A DNA stretch of 64,000 nucleotides. It comes from Octopus sinensis. Its lineage: Eukaryota. Of the stretch, positions 35,530 to 49,028 are shown one piece after another. A program made the translations under genes and the position numbers. Location of the stretch: assembly GCF_006345805.1 (NCBI RefSeq), contig NW_021832611.1, positions 124,001 to 188,000 on the forward strand, given 5' to 3'. Under the pieces are notes generated by a model that had not been told where the DNA came from, did not search any database, and worked only from the letters and a program-made list of their open reading frames with translations. The first letter of the stretch is position 1. Each line of letters opens with the position of its first letter.

Positions 35530-37280
35530 ATTATTATTATTTATTAATAAGCACACCGCAAAATAACGTTAGTATCTCGCTTGTGCCACCCTCTCCTGAA
35601 TGCGTTTTGTTAATCGCTTCCAGGTCCCTCTGTTCCTCGATAGTTCTCTCAAGTGCTCAAGATCGTCTGCTGATTTAAGTCTTTTTCCAATCAAAATTAG
35701 GTAATGATGCAGGAGGGTTGGTAGAGTGATTCGTGGTCTTCCTCGAAAGTTTGTTCCCGGGTGGGGGGGCGTAGTGGTGTTCCATTGCGACATTTGCAGG
35801 AGTTTTCCTGTCCATTCTTAGGATGTGACCGAATAAGCCCCATCTATTGCTTCTTATTTCTTCGTCCAACGGGTGTGCATTGTACCTGGAGTAGAGGTGT
35901 TTGTTTGAAATCCGTTTTGGCCAAAAGATTCCTAGGATATATTTCAGCTGCATTCTGTAGAAGGAATTGAGATTTTCCATTTCCTGCACTGTGAGTGCCC
36001 AAGAGGAGGAGTTGTACAGTAGGACTGGTTTTACGAACATATTGTAAAGTTTGATTTTTAGAGACGCAGAAATTTGTTTGCCTTTCAACCATATGTTGTT
36101 TAATCTTTAGAGCGCGAAAGTTGCAAATGATTTTCTTCGTATCATGTCTTCTGTATCTCCTAAGAAAGTGCCAAGTTTCTTTGTATGCCTCCATTTTTCC
36201 TCGTGTCGTTCGTCACATCGCCTCACTATAGTGTATTCTGTTTTCTCAGTGTTAATTTTTAGGAATGATTTTTCAAAAGTGTTGGCCAATTTGTCCATAG
36301 TACCTTCTAGTTGGCGGTCTGTTGCCGTGAAATCTATGTCATCTGCAAAGATGACTTCTGTAATATGTCTGGGGATGTTATTACTAACATTTCGTAGGGT
36401 CGCCTCCAGATATACGATGAATAAGACCGGGGATAAGGCGTCTCCTTGGAGGGTGCCCTTGTTTGTTTCAAATACTCTGGATTTCTGTTTTCCGAGTTGG
36501 ATAAATAGTTGAGTGGAGGAGAGTAGGTAACGAATTATTCTGATGCAATCTTCGTCGAGTAGTGGCGTTAATATTTGTATCATCTTAATTCTACGATTGA
36601 GTCGAATTCTTTAGATAGGTCGATTCCCATTATGTGGTACTCTTCTTTATATTTTTGACATGAAGCACACATCCATTTGTGGCTCCAAACAGCATCGGAA
36701 GTTGATCTTCCAGAGACAAACCCACTTTGGCTGGGTCCGATAAATTCACGTAGTGGGCCTTTAATTCTCTCCAAAGCAATTAGTGATAGAATTTTACGAA
36801 GTGAGTTGAGTAGTATGATTGGTCTTAAGCTGTTTAGCTTTCCTTTTTCCTTCCCGGGTTTGTGTAAGGGGATTAACTTTCCGATTCCGATGTTAATTTT
36901 GGCATGTTCTTCAAAATTTTGTTCAAAATGTAAGCAATAAGTTTTTGGAGCTCTTCAGGAGCATATTTCATGACCTCTGCATTAACATTATCTGGACCTG
37001 GGGCTTTTGAGTTGTTTAGTCTGGACACAGATTTTTTAACTGCCGATAAGGTGATTTCTTTAGATAGCTTTCTGGGCGCTCCATCGAAAGGGTAAAGCGT
37101 TTCTTCGTTTTCGAAATTGAAATATTTTTCAAAGTGGTCGGCTATAGTGTCTGTACGTTCCTGGTTGTTGTAAATCGTTCTTCCGAGTTCATCATGAATT
37201 GTTAGGTTTTCCGATTTTTTCTTTCTCGCTAGCATCTTTACAGATGCAAACATTTGCGCTTCGTTTTTGTACTTCCCCAC
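35530..37280 (-). mobile_element. RTE LINE, 5'-truncated, frameshifted
   Basis: KAPGPD, QSGF..GRSTSD, IDLSKEFDS, GTLQGDALSPVLF, FADD, KKLG, RWGLFGHILR, and a (TAA)n tail near 35530-35545. Confidence 0.88.
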
Positions 37281-37540
37281 TTAATTTGCAAGGTTTTTTA
37301 GCCTTGTTTTAAATAATTATAGCGATACTATAAATAATAAATTATTATTTTAATTAATTAAAAAAATATAAACTGTCTTTGTGATAATGGTTTGTGGTAT
37401 TTCCAGTTGAATTTAGATGAGAGTTCCATTAATCAGATTTCGGGGAACTATCGAGGCTAGTGAGTCTACGCTTACTTTATAGAAGCTCCCAAATTTCATT
37501 TCAATGAATAAACCATTAATAAAGAGTTCAGAACTTGTAT

Positions 37541-37616
37541 ATAGTATTCCGCAGAGGTTTAGGAGAAAACCGATATCTGAATTTGAGTGCGAAATAATAA
37601 ATGTATTTATTCTTAG
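37541..37616. repeat. ~76-bp dispersed repeat, probably a DNA-transposon end (second copy 46839-46914)
   Basis: ATAGTATTCCGCAG(A/C)GGTTTAGGAG(A/G)AAACCGATATC(T/A)GAATTTGAGTGCGAAATAATAAATGTATTTATT at both loci. Confidence 0.75.
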
Positions 37617-39139
37617 TTTTTATTTGTAGGAAGGTGGGTTTTATAAATTTTAATAATTTTTCCAGTTTAACTAATTTTGTATAACTCGAAATTGTTACTT
37701 AAAGTTCATTTTTGTACTAAATTTTAAAGTATTTCTAAATTTTTTGCATATTATTGATATAACCTATATGGATTAGAAAATAAGTAGATGTATTTCGGGA
37801 CAATACACACATAAATAAAACCGTAAATATTTTGGACTGAGATTTTAATATTGATAATCTACATCCGGAGAACAATTGAAAATTTACACGAAAATGACAG
37901 CGACATTTGAAATCACCCAAAAATAAAATATCAGATCGTCTCTGTTAAAATATGTGTAAAAACCTTTGAAAATGTGCGAAAATCGTAATAGCAAAAAAGA
38001 TACTGTTCATTTATACTTCAATCAAGTTTTAGAAAAAGCAGATTATTTTCTTTTACATCTAAAAGCCACTGACTTTAGTCCTCAAAGATTATCTGATAAC
38101 TGTTAATGTCTTGTCCACGTAGTTTAACTGGCATCCGTTTATTGTTTCAATGGGAAAATTTTAAAAATTATCAAAATATTTCACTATCACAGATTAGAGC
38201 TGGAAAACGGTAAAAATACCGCATCGGAATTGGATTATTTTGTAAATGATTTTATTTATGAGACGACACATGATTCTTTTGAATCTTTCGAAATCAATGC
38301 ACATTCAGTAAATGTAATTAAATATTTATTAACACTTTTTTTGAAATAAAACCCCTCAAGAAAAATACTCAAAATTGGAAATCTCAGCATTCGAGGATTC
38401 TTCGAAGGGTAAGCCACAGAGTAATTGACTCGATTTGGAACAAAAGATTTGGACGTCCAGAATTTAAAGCGAGAAACATCTGTAATCAGAGCCTAACCAC
38501 CACCTGGTTCCTCTTGAATCTGGTTTTTACCGACTCAACAACCTCTGATGCCCATTCTCAGCGGTCCACTGCATGAAAATTGTCGTAGACAGGTCAAATA
38601 AATAGGGCCTCTCCTCTTCCCAATGTAGCGACCATGACCAGACAACAAGAAAGACAACAAGAAATTATTTAATTTTAGAGTAACACAGAATTTTATCAAA
38701 TATTATAAATTAAGTTGAGATGACATTAGTTTGAATACTTATCTACTTGGGATCTAGACACAAGCTATTTGTATATTATTTTTTTTATTTGTTAGGTTTA
38801 CATCAATAATATAAAAATTGTCTTTTTTAGAAATTAAAGCAGCGTAACTTTTTTATTTAAATAGCAAAAAAAGAAATAGATAATATTTTTATTGTTGCCA
38901 TTTTTTGTTAATTGTTTTTACTATATTTTTTATATTATTCATTTGCCAATTGAATTACATGAAACAATATTTTTTTCAAATTTAGGATATTTTTGTAAAA
39001 TATTGTTTTTTAATTGACATACATGCAAATCATTGGGCAGAGTGAATTTATTTTTCAAAATTAATTTCTATAAATGTCAATTTATTTTTGACATATTTGT
39101 TTTTATTTTTGATTTATTCCTATTATTCTTTCCTTGATT

Positions 39140-41700
39140 TATAAATCCTCAGTAACGAAGGGACGATCTTTACTTTTTCCCGGTGGATCGCTCCCAGTTC
39201 ATTGGCCAGCAAGTTGTATTTGTGGAACTTTTCCACTTCGACCTGCTTGAGACAATTTTGTGCAGTAATCCCTACCTCGATAAGAGTAGTTGTGTTGCTT
39301 GATTTGTCATGAACAAATATGTCCTGCTCTTCGCTTTAAAGAAGAGTTTGCCACATCTTCATTTTCTATTTTTGCGTCAAACTAATTGTTCAGCTAAGTG
39401 TCTTCGCGACATGTCAGCTCCGCAAGTTGATTGACAGCAGAGGCGTACTCTTCACTGTTTACCTTCACAACGTGTCTGTGTTCAATGATCATACTCTCCA
39501 GCGTTCTCTTGAGCAGAACTGCCTGGATGTATGTCCCAGTTCTCCCCACTTTGATTTAATTTATTTCTTTTTTCCTCTTGTCACGCACAAATTAATCAAT
39601 GATTTATTTATCATTTCAATTATTTCGTGATTTACATTTGAGAAGGTATCTTTCTTGTTTGTTGCCTGACATTGATTGGTTTAGATTTATTTTCATTTAC
39701 CTTGTTGTATAGTGCCAAATAAGGGAATTATTATTCATCTTATTTCCATTTTTAATAATTTCATATTTATTCTCAAAGACGGAAGCGAATTTCTTTAATT
39801 CATAAATTGATTTTTTTTCAAAATTTGGAATTAAAATAAGTGGTTGTAAAGAAAGGACAACTCTCCGGCCAATAGATCGTATTTATGGCATTTTCGACCT
39901 CGATCTGCTTCAGGCGGTTCTGTGAAGTGATTCCAACTTTGATGAGAGTAATTTCGTTCCTAATTTTGTCGTACACAAATATTTCAAGCTTTTTGCATTG
40001 AATATTCGTGTCTGTAATTATTTGAGAATCGACTCTTGTTTCGACATTTTATGTGGATATGGTTAATTGGGCCAACTTCGATTAAAGTTATTTCTCGTTT
40101 AATTTTGTCGTAAACGAAAATATCTGGTTTATTGAATTGAACTTTTGTTTCTGTCATAATTGACGTATCAACTCGGATTTCAACGTTCTGCGTCGATATT
40201 ATAGACTGAACAGAATGAGCCTTTATTTTCCTTTCTCTTTTAATACCATATATTTGGCACAAATGAAGATGAATGTACTTTATAACTTCATTGTGTTTTC
40301 GCAGATAATCACTGTTGAATATTTTTATCAATTTTTATTGAAAAACAAAAGAATGAAGTGAATTATTTTTGTCCAATACCAACACAAAGATCTGTGGCGA
40401 CAGAGTCTCCTTGCAAAATTCCTCTTCTTATTTTTGTTTCTTTTAATGATTTATTTTCAAAGTCAATCCTATTTTCCATTTCTTAATAAGACTCTGAATA
40501 AAGCAGACAATCCAACAAGGAAGTCCAGACCTTTGTAACAAATGATCTAAGAAATCATGCTCTACAGAATCAAATGCTTTCTTTACATCAATCCATGTAG
40601 AAAATAATTTATTGGCATTCTCTTGTTTAATACACTGGTTGATTATGGCTTGTTCTTTTGCATCTTGGCACATTCTTTTTGTGTCCAGTTGATTGTCACT
40701 TATTAATCCAAAAGCATCAATATACTCTGACAACTTTATGTTTACACATTTCGTCGTCAACTTATATAAATTCGGCATACATGTGATTGGTCTAAAATCC
40801 TTGGAGAGTCGCATACGTCCTTCTTAGGGATCAGATATGTGATTCCCGTATAAAACCAATCATCAGCGATAAAATCTCCTCTTATAATTTTGCGAATCTC
40901 ATTAAAAAGATGTACATGAATTGAGCTAAAATTTTTGATAAAAAAATTGTCGACTCCGTCACACCCGCATGCTTTCCAATTAGGAAGCATCTTTATAATA
41001 TTAATAATTGCTATGTTCCACCACAATTGCCTCATCCGTAAATTTTGCACGAATATTCTCTGATCCAGTCACTTTTGTGGTGACCAGAAACTACAGGTGG
41101 CCCCTTGGTATTTAATCAATAAATCCAATAAAAGTTATTCTAAGTTTCGTTGGAAAGTGTGTTCATAATCACGTTAGCTCAATAATCCTCGTCTCCTGGA
41201 ATTTTTCTCCTCTTGGGAGAGCTTTCCACCAACGCACCATCAACACTTTCATTCTCCGAACACAAGATTTTCCCGTTTGCTTCATCCGAAGGGTCCTCGC
41301 AAGATTGATTTGCCACTTCAGCCAACTGACTGGTTGCCGTAATGAATTCCTCTATGGATTCCATGCCTATGTTCTACTACAATTGCCTCCAATGTCTTCT
41401 TCATGACAAGTCCCTGAATGTACGTTCTTGTCGGGCCTTCAACGGATAACTTCTCCATATAGGCTTTGTAACACGTTGAAACCACCCCGTCCCACGTCAG
41501 CACAATCGGAATAATTCGGACTGGTGCCCCGTAAAGCATCTTTAGTTCTCCAGCCAGCAAATCGTATTTATGCAATTTCTCAACTTCGGTTTGTTTGAGT
41601 CTCTTCTGCGATGTAATCCCCACCTCAATTATGGTGATCTCATTGGTATTTATAATTATTTTATTGACAAGACAAGTTTTATTTCTCAACAAACCCATAA
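39140..41700 (-). mobile_element. Mosaic of R4/NeSL-like fragments (several RLE ends and an RT piece)
   Basis: RLE pieces at 39140-39590, 39860-40331 and 41179-41698. RT piece 40443-41050 (LPNWKACGCDG, RPITCMPNLYKL, WIDVKKAFDSV). Confidence 0.82.
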
Positions 41701-41749
41701 ATTAATGTTAGGGAAAAAGCCAAGAGCAGAACAAGAGGCTGATTAATGT

Positions 41750-44509
41750 GGGTTTGATTTCATTGTATAAGGTCATTTTATGAGACACCACATGTCTCTT
41801 CTTCGAATACACCCAAAAGAAAAAAAATTACATCATAATTTCCACAAGTGATGTAACAAATCTTCTATCCTTCTGACTTTAACGTCATAAGCATTTTCGA
41901 TTTTTGAATTTAAGTCCAATCCAAATACCAATTTAATAGCAAATCTTCTGGTCTTTTCCAATTTTTTCACAAAAATGCTACTTTCTTCGGATCTATACCA
42001 TCCTTGATAGCCATATATCAAGAATGGTTGAATACATGTAGAATACACAAAAAGGAAAGTTTCAGGTTCCAAATGAAATCGAGTTAAGGATTTCAACATT
42101 CCTGTAGCTTTCTCTCTTCGTGTTTTGATATGATCCTTAAAGATCCTCTTCAATCTATTGATACTCCGAGATACTCCAATTTTCCAGAGTTTTTTATATC
42201 TCCTGTATTTACATATTCATCGATATTTTTTCTTTTACTTGCAATTCATGTGACTGTTGATTTTTCTCTTGACAGAGTCAACCCATTGTTTTGGCACCAC
42301 CTCTCAATATTTTTATATGGGTTTCTACCCTTTTCCATGAAATTTGTTTACTTATGCTTGAATCAAGCACAAGAATGTCATCAGCATAAATAATCATATG
42401 ACTATTTATGCTCTCGGTTTTTGGTAACTCACTCATTACACAATTGAAGAGTAGCGGGCTGAGAATTGATCCCTGCGGAACCCCTCTTCGTAATTCAATT
42501 TTCTTATAAATTAAATTTCCAACACGTATATACGACCTCCTTCTTGAAAGAAAGTTTTCTATCCATAATAATGCGGTTTTCCCAATTCCTGCTTTTGACA
42601 ACGTATCAAGAAGTCCGTAGTGTCAAACACTGTCAAAGGCCTTCGTTATATCCAAGCACGCTATTGTAAGAAATTCCTTTTTTCTCCCCGAAATATCAAT
42701 TGCAGATCTTAGCTCTCTGAGACAATCTCCAGTCCCTTTTTTATGTCGAAAACCCAATTGATTGTCAGAGAGAAAATTATTATCCTCAACAAGCCTTGAG
42801 AGACGATTGAAAACAATTTTCTCCATAATTTTCGAAATTGAGCAGATTAAGCTAATTGGCCTATAGCTATCTGCTTTTGACTTAGGCTTTCCTTTTTTCA
42901 CGACCATACGTACAATTGTTCGTTTCCAGGTCGACGGAACATGTCCAAAACTCCACGAAGAATTGTATAATATATTTAGTAATCCAACTAAAATCTGGTC
43001 CGCATTCTTGAAGATACTCATTGGGATAAAATCCCATCCTGGTGCTTTATTTTTGAAACCTTTTATCGCAGGTTTTAAGGACCTCATCATGTAAGTCGAG
43101 GACATCGTAGTTGTTCATTTTAACCAAAATGCAGAAAATTTTTTTAATTTTTTTTGGGGGGGAAGGTTTTAAGGACCTCATCATGTAAGTCAAGGACATC
43201 GTAGTTGTTCATTTTAACCAAAATGCAGAAAATTTTTTTAATTTTTTTTGGGGGGGAAGGTTTTAAGGACCTCATCATGTAAGTCGAGGACATCGTAGGG
43301 TGGAAGATTCTTGGAGGAGTTCATGATTTTAAGCTTGTTCCCCATTATTGGCTAATTATAAGGGGAAAAGATTTTAACAATTTATCTGTACTTTGCCAAT
43401 TTGAAGTTGGTGTGCACACACAGACAGACAGACACACACCATACCATTTTATTATTAAGATTTATTTCTTCTTGTGTTATAGGTTGGCACAAGGGACTAT
43501 TCAGTTTCGACGTTTCTTTATAATTACTTATTGTATTTTGCACTTCTTGTGGAATAAAGATGGCTGGATCAGTTTCTTGAATTCTGGACAATTGCTTACG
43601 TAATATATCCGGTATTTCTTCCTTCGGAATAGTATAACCATCATCTGATTTCAGAGAGATTTCTTTTTTATTACTTGGCGAAACCATTCTTGCAAATAGT
43701 TTCCAAAATTTTGGATTCTGTCGATGTAGCTTTGAACATTCCCTTTTCCATATTTTTTCTTCATTCTTCTTTACAACATCCATTATCTTCTTCTTTATTA
43801 ACTTGATCTGGATTTTAAGTTCTTGGAAGTCAAAGAAATCCCAACACCTCCTTAACTTATTTTCTAATTTATTCTTCTCCTGACGTAAAGAACGTTCTTC
43901 TACTTCTATTATCATATTCTCCTGCGGTAGGAGATTTTTTCTTTTTCCATAATTTTCCAGATAACTTAGTAATAAACATCTTAATTTATTATCCAGGTTA
44001 TCGATATCTTTCGGTTCCGAAATCCTCAAAGAATCTATACCACCAAGTTTCATTCTGATGAAAAAATTGAAGTGATTCCAATCAATTCTACTAATATCAT
44101 ATCCAACGAATATATGCTGTGTGTGAACCGGGCCAGTTTTTAATTCAATCGTTTGTGGAATGTGATCACTTTCTACGTCATTTTCAATATATGGAGGATT
44201 GCACATTTCACTCATCTTTTGAGGCATTATGAACAGTCCAAGTCTATCACCATTATAAGTTGCATAGTGATTTATTTCTGCCGACGTCAATATTTTCAGT
44301 TCTCCTGATTTCATCCACTTTACAAGACATTTTCTATCTTGATTTGTTGTAACACATACGTAATCAACATGCTTCGAGTTCAAATCTCCAACCAAAATCG
44401 GATTCACGTTTTTGTTAAAGAATTCGTCAATAACCCATGGGTATTCACGTAATTTTTTCGAACATAGATAGATAGATAAGGGTTTATTTTGCAAAGGGAT
44501 ATCGGACAT
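41750..44509 (-). mobile_element. I/Jockey-like APE-RT LINE, 5'-truncated, Helitron-interrupted
   Basis: APE part (ILVGDLNSKH...SDH), RT motifs KAPGWD, YRPISLI, QLGFR, LDITKAFDSV, GVPQGSILSPLLF, YADD. Confidence 0.88.
43071..43460 (-). mobile_element. Helitron copy 3, 3'-truncated
   Basis: 5' TC at 43460-43459 after a host A, microsatellite, and 2 full plus 1 partial ~95-bp units. No CTAG end. Splits the LINE frame PITQEEI / KPAIKGFKNKAPG. Confidence 0.82.
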
Positions 44510-44514
44510 AAAAG

Positions 44515-44875
44515 AAATTAAGGGCCAGTAGTGGCCTTACACACAGGGTCGTCCGGGGCTATTTTCTTCTCTTCTCTAGGAACTTTTGGAATTGGGTTTC
44601 AACAAGCTCGCCAATCATAGGAAAGACTTCGCGCCAGCTCGGTATTTTCTCTCTTAGATTTACGCCGAAGGCCACCTTGAACGCTAATCTCCTCGTTTTC
44701 TCCAGCAGTTTTATAATTCTTGCCTTGGAGGGGGACAAAATCCACCCTTCCAGCCCATACATCGGTACTGGAAGGATAGCTGCCCGGAAGATGAATAGCA
44801 CAGTATCTGGGGGTAGGCGGAATTTGATCAGGCACTTGATCATTTGTGTGCACCGTTTTTCCTTAGGATGATGTT
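44515..44875 (-). mobile_element. 3' fragment of a second I/Jockey-like LINE
   Basis: ILPVPMYGLEGW...LEKTRRLAFKVAFG parallels 41833-42153. Confidence 0.7.
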
Positions 44876-44903
44876 TTTTGGAAATTTTTATTGGCGTTTT
44901 CTT

Positions 44904-45344
44904 TTACCTTTTTTCGGTAATTTCGAATTTATGTGAAACGGTAATCATTTGAATATCTTCGCATGTCTTTAGACTGTTGAAATGGTTGCAAGAATCACAA
45001 GTTGATATAAAATGGCGAATAACTTTTTGATTTATACCAATATATTTTTGGGAAATTAAATGGCACATCTTGGAAAATCCAGGATGTCCGATAGAATGTT
45101 CTTTAGTTAAAATTGAATTGATTTTGGATTCTTGAAAGGAACAGACAACAGTACGAAAGTTTCGATTAAGTGCAAGAATTAATTTTCCATTTAAAAGTTT
45201 TAAATTCTGACACTTTCGGCCTAAAGTACGCTTTTGATTTTCATTGAAATCATTAGGATACTCATTGTATTCGACATAGTTCATTATGTTCTTTAATTCA
45301 TAGGGTGTTTTAATGCTGAACGAAGAAGGCATTACAAAAATCAA
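44904..45344 (-). pseudogene. Ginger/Gypsy-type integrase N-terminal HHCC domain fragment
   Basis: EHSIGHPG...CDSCN zinc-binding motif with the Ginger-like leader YNEYPNDF...KRTL. Truncated before the DDE core. Confidence 0.7.
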
Positions 45345-45689
45345 ATTTAAAATTTAAATTAAAAAAATAATTTAAAAAATATTAAAAATAGCTTTATTGA
45401 CTCAAAATATATCAGATTTATCAGTTAAAAAAATACAAAATGAGGAAGAATCAAACCTATGTCGAGACGATTGCTTGTCTGTTCCCGCGGAGGATGCCAA
45501 TCGAAATTCTCTGGCAAATCCATTTTGATTATTGAAATTCACTTCTCCGGAAATTTGTTAGATTAACATCAAAAATATTAAAAATGTCTTTTTATTTAAA
45601 CAACAGAAAAACGAAAGAAAATTCCGAATTTATAGTTTCTCAATCAATTAAGACATTTCCATTGAAATTCTACTCTCCTGAAATTCTAC

Positions 45690-46510
45690 TTGTCACTTGT
45701 CATTGAAATTCTACCCTCCTTTTCTGAATTTTCCTTGGACACAAATGTGGCTCATTTCAGAGAAGTCTGGAAGGAACAAGGTCTCGACTTTCCAGAAAAT
45801 CGATTGTCTCAACAATCCTGGGATCGAATTAGATGCAAGCAAACTTTCAATCTGCTGCTCGAGTCGTCCAACCAGCATTTTTTCTGCAGCATCCCCGGCC
45901 AGTGGAGCTTGGCTTTGCGCATTCCCGTACGCCATCTGGCACTCTCCTTGACGATGAAGCGGTAAGGATCGGAGTCTCTCTGCGCCTCGGACTAAGGAAA
46001 TGTGTCCTGCACACGTGCCGCTGTGGCTGCACTGTTGACCCTTTCGGTCTGCACCCTTTATCGTGCAGGAGAAGTGCCGGACGTTTCCCGAGGCACTCCG
46101 CTATGAACGACATCATACGGAGGGCCCTCGACTCGGCGGGATTTCCTTCGGTCCTCGAACCAACTGGTCTTGACCGCGGCGACGGGAAACGTGCTGACGG
46201 GATGACCCTTTTCCCTTTTGAAGGCGGAAAAGGTCTCGTGTCGGATGCAACCTGCTGGGACACTTTTTCTGCTTCTCATTTAACTTCGTGTGCTCTGGAG
46301 GCTAAATCTGCTGCTAAGAAGGCTGAAAATTAAAAGCTATCAAAATATTCTGCCCTTTCGGAGGAGTTTTTCGTTGTGCCGATAGCGGCGGAGACGTCGG
46401 GTGCTCTCGGTCCAAAGACTGAAAAGTTCCTTCGCATGCTTAGAGCCAAAATCTCAATGCGCACCCATGACACTCGGGAGGCGGACTGGCTAATGCAACG
46501 GTTCTCGATC
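45690..46510 (+). mobile_element. CRE-like RLE retrotransposon 3' fragment
   Basis: SGAWL, LRLG, CRCG...HPLSC...[28 protein letters not shown]...VET.G. Confidence 0.85.
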
Positions 46511-47099
46511 TCCTAAAATCTAAAAAATTTCTTAGACGTAAAATACTCCAAAAACTAAATTCAGCGATATATTATTGTCTTCTTAAAATATCCTAGATAT
46601 CGCGTATCAAGGCGTAATCGGCTTATCTGTTATTGTATAAAACAAAGACTAATTGAATTAAAACTACAGTGAAAAAATAGAATTTTAATAGATCATCAAA
46701 AATAAATAAGAGCTCTTTTAATCAAAATTCACGTCTCCTGAAAAGGAAAGTCATGAATTTTTTGTGTGTTAATGTGAAATGAATCAGACAAGATAGCAAC
46801 TGCTTTGAATCCGCAGAAATTTAGTATTATACTATATTATAGTATTCCGCAGCGGTTTAGGAGGAAACCGATATCAGAATTTGAGTGCGAAATAATAAAT
46901 GTATTTATTTTTAGTTAAGTAAAATTAACTCAAATTTGCCATTTTTGATTCCAGTAAAATTTGATTTTTTGAACAATGCTCAGATTTATCAACGGTGTGC
47001 TTGTATCCAAATTTTGTAGATTAAAATAATGTTCTATTTTGTTAAAGATAATTCTCTCCAAGGTATTTTTATGAATAGAACAATGTCTTTAATGTTCAA

Positions 47100-47760
47100 A
47101 TGTTTTATATGATGTATATAACCACATGTTTTCTTTTTTCAATAATCTATCGTAAGATACTTCAATTTGTGTCTATTAAATTGGACTTTGAACGTTTTAA
47201 TAATACCCAAATCAATTGTCTGAATTATTCCTGTATCATTTTGGAAAAAACATTATTTTAATATTTTCCAAATTCGATAAACTTTATCACCTAGTTAGTA
47301 AAGATGTATCCGGTCATTCGTGCTCTTTTGGAGCTGTAATACGATACAGAACATCGATAATCATTTTTAAACACCTTATCAGCTTCGATTTTCTAATCAA
47401 TAAAAACATCAATTTATGATTTCCAACATATTTGCGCACACCATTACAGATTCTCTATCTTTAAAGTTTTTCTATTCTCCAAACGAAACAATACAGATAC
47501 TTCTGGATGGAATAATCTTGTAGAATATTTCAGTTTCATCCAGGTTATAAATCAGATCGCTAGTATATGACATTGAATGCATTTTTAATTCTTTGAAAAA
47601 CCCTCCAATGTCCTCACGTTTGGTAGTGCACATTTTTCTATTTAATTTCTTCATCCGCAATCGAGGCCTTTTTTAAATTTGAATAAAAATCCATAAGAGT
47701 TTTGAAATTTTCAAAAGAAAGCTGCTTAGCAAATAATTCTGCCTTAGTATACATTTACCA
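47100..47760 (-). mobile_element. pogo/Tigger transposase remnant
   Basis: IYNLDETEIFYKIIP motif with frameshifts and stops. Confidence 0.6.
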
Positions 47761-47860
47761 AGCTAAATGATAATAGTTTCAACCTAAATGAAATAATTTC
47801 AAGCTAAATGAAAAAGTTTCACGCTAAATGGAATAGTTTCGAGCTAAATGATAATTATTT
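47760..47860. repeat. ~20-bp minisatellite, about 5 copies
   Basis: AAGCTAAATGATAATAGTTTC-like units head-to-tail. Confidence 0.75.
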
Positions 47861-48117
47861 TAACCTAGATAAAAAAATGTTAATAAATTGAGAATAATTT
47901 TTTGGTTTAATTTTTACATAATTCAAATTAATTATAGCATGGTGTAAGATTTTCTAATGTTTTAGGTCCTAAAATTTAGGAAATGGCACGTAAAAGTAAA
48001 GAACAAGAAATATTATTTCAAAAATTAAAATTTTATATTTTTTAATTAAAAGTCAAATCGATTGAATTATAAATAATTAATTCTGAATAAAATAATATTA
48101 GTTAGTTAAATAGTCCT

Positions 48118-49028
48118 ATGTTAAATTCTTTTGTTGTAATATTAATTTGGCTAAATTATTTTTCTCTATCATTGAGAATTCTAATCAAGATACAAAACTC
48201 ATCTGACTATAAATTTATTCAAAATAATTCTCAAAATTTCGTTTTTGATAAATTCGACAATATTTACGATCTTCCTGAATATTTAAATTGGACTCAAAAA
48301 AATGTAGTAACTCCTGTTAAGGACCAATTTAAATGCGGATCTTGTTATGCTTTTGGGACGGTTGATGAATTTAGTTTATTTTTAGGTTGCGAGTTTAGAA
48401 AGCCAATATGCATTAAAGTTTAACAAGCTGGTTGCTTTCAGTGAACAAAATGTTATCGACTGCACATTCGCATTTGAAAATATGGGGTGCAGAGGAGGAA
48501 TGTTTGAAAACATCATTAAATATATCCTTACAGTTGGAGGTCTTGACACTCAAGAAGAGTATCCTTATGAGGGGAGGGTTCGGTTTGTTTAATACGTTTG
48601 TAGACAGTCAAGTGTAGATTTCACTATAACAAATTAAGATTGAAAGACGAAGGATACGTTAGCATGGAAAATTTAACAAATTACCAACTTCAAAAAATAG
48701 TTACAGAAATTGGCCCAGTGACTGTCAATTTAGATCCCACTTCATTTGCTTTCGTGTTCTACACAAAAGGTAATATTTCTAAAACTCCGCAGGAATATTA
48801 AAAATTAATAAATACGATCCAAAGGATATGATACATTTTGTACTTTTAGTTGGCTATGGAGTTGAAAATACACAAAAATATTGGCTAATCAAGAACAGGT
48901 ACTAAATATTGTTCCTGTCTAATAGTTGGGGGACTTCATGGGGGGAGAATGGATATTCAAGATTATCAAGGGATAATGAGAACGCAGCAGGAATAGGCAT
49001 TAAAATATACTATCCGATTTTTGAGTAA
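48118..49028 (+). CDS. Cathepsin L-like cysteine protease, copy 1 (no I29 propeptide)
   Basis: Four introns of 23-27 nt give one intact frame. Catalytic Q/C ([11 protein letters not shown]), H ([11 protein letters not shown]) and N (KNSWG). SEQNVIDC and GCRGG present. Confidence 0.9.
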
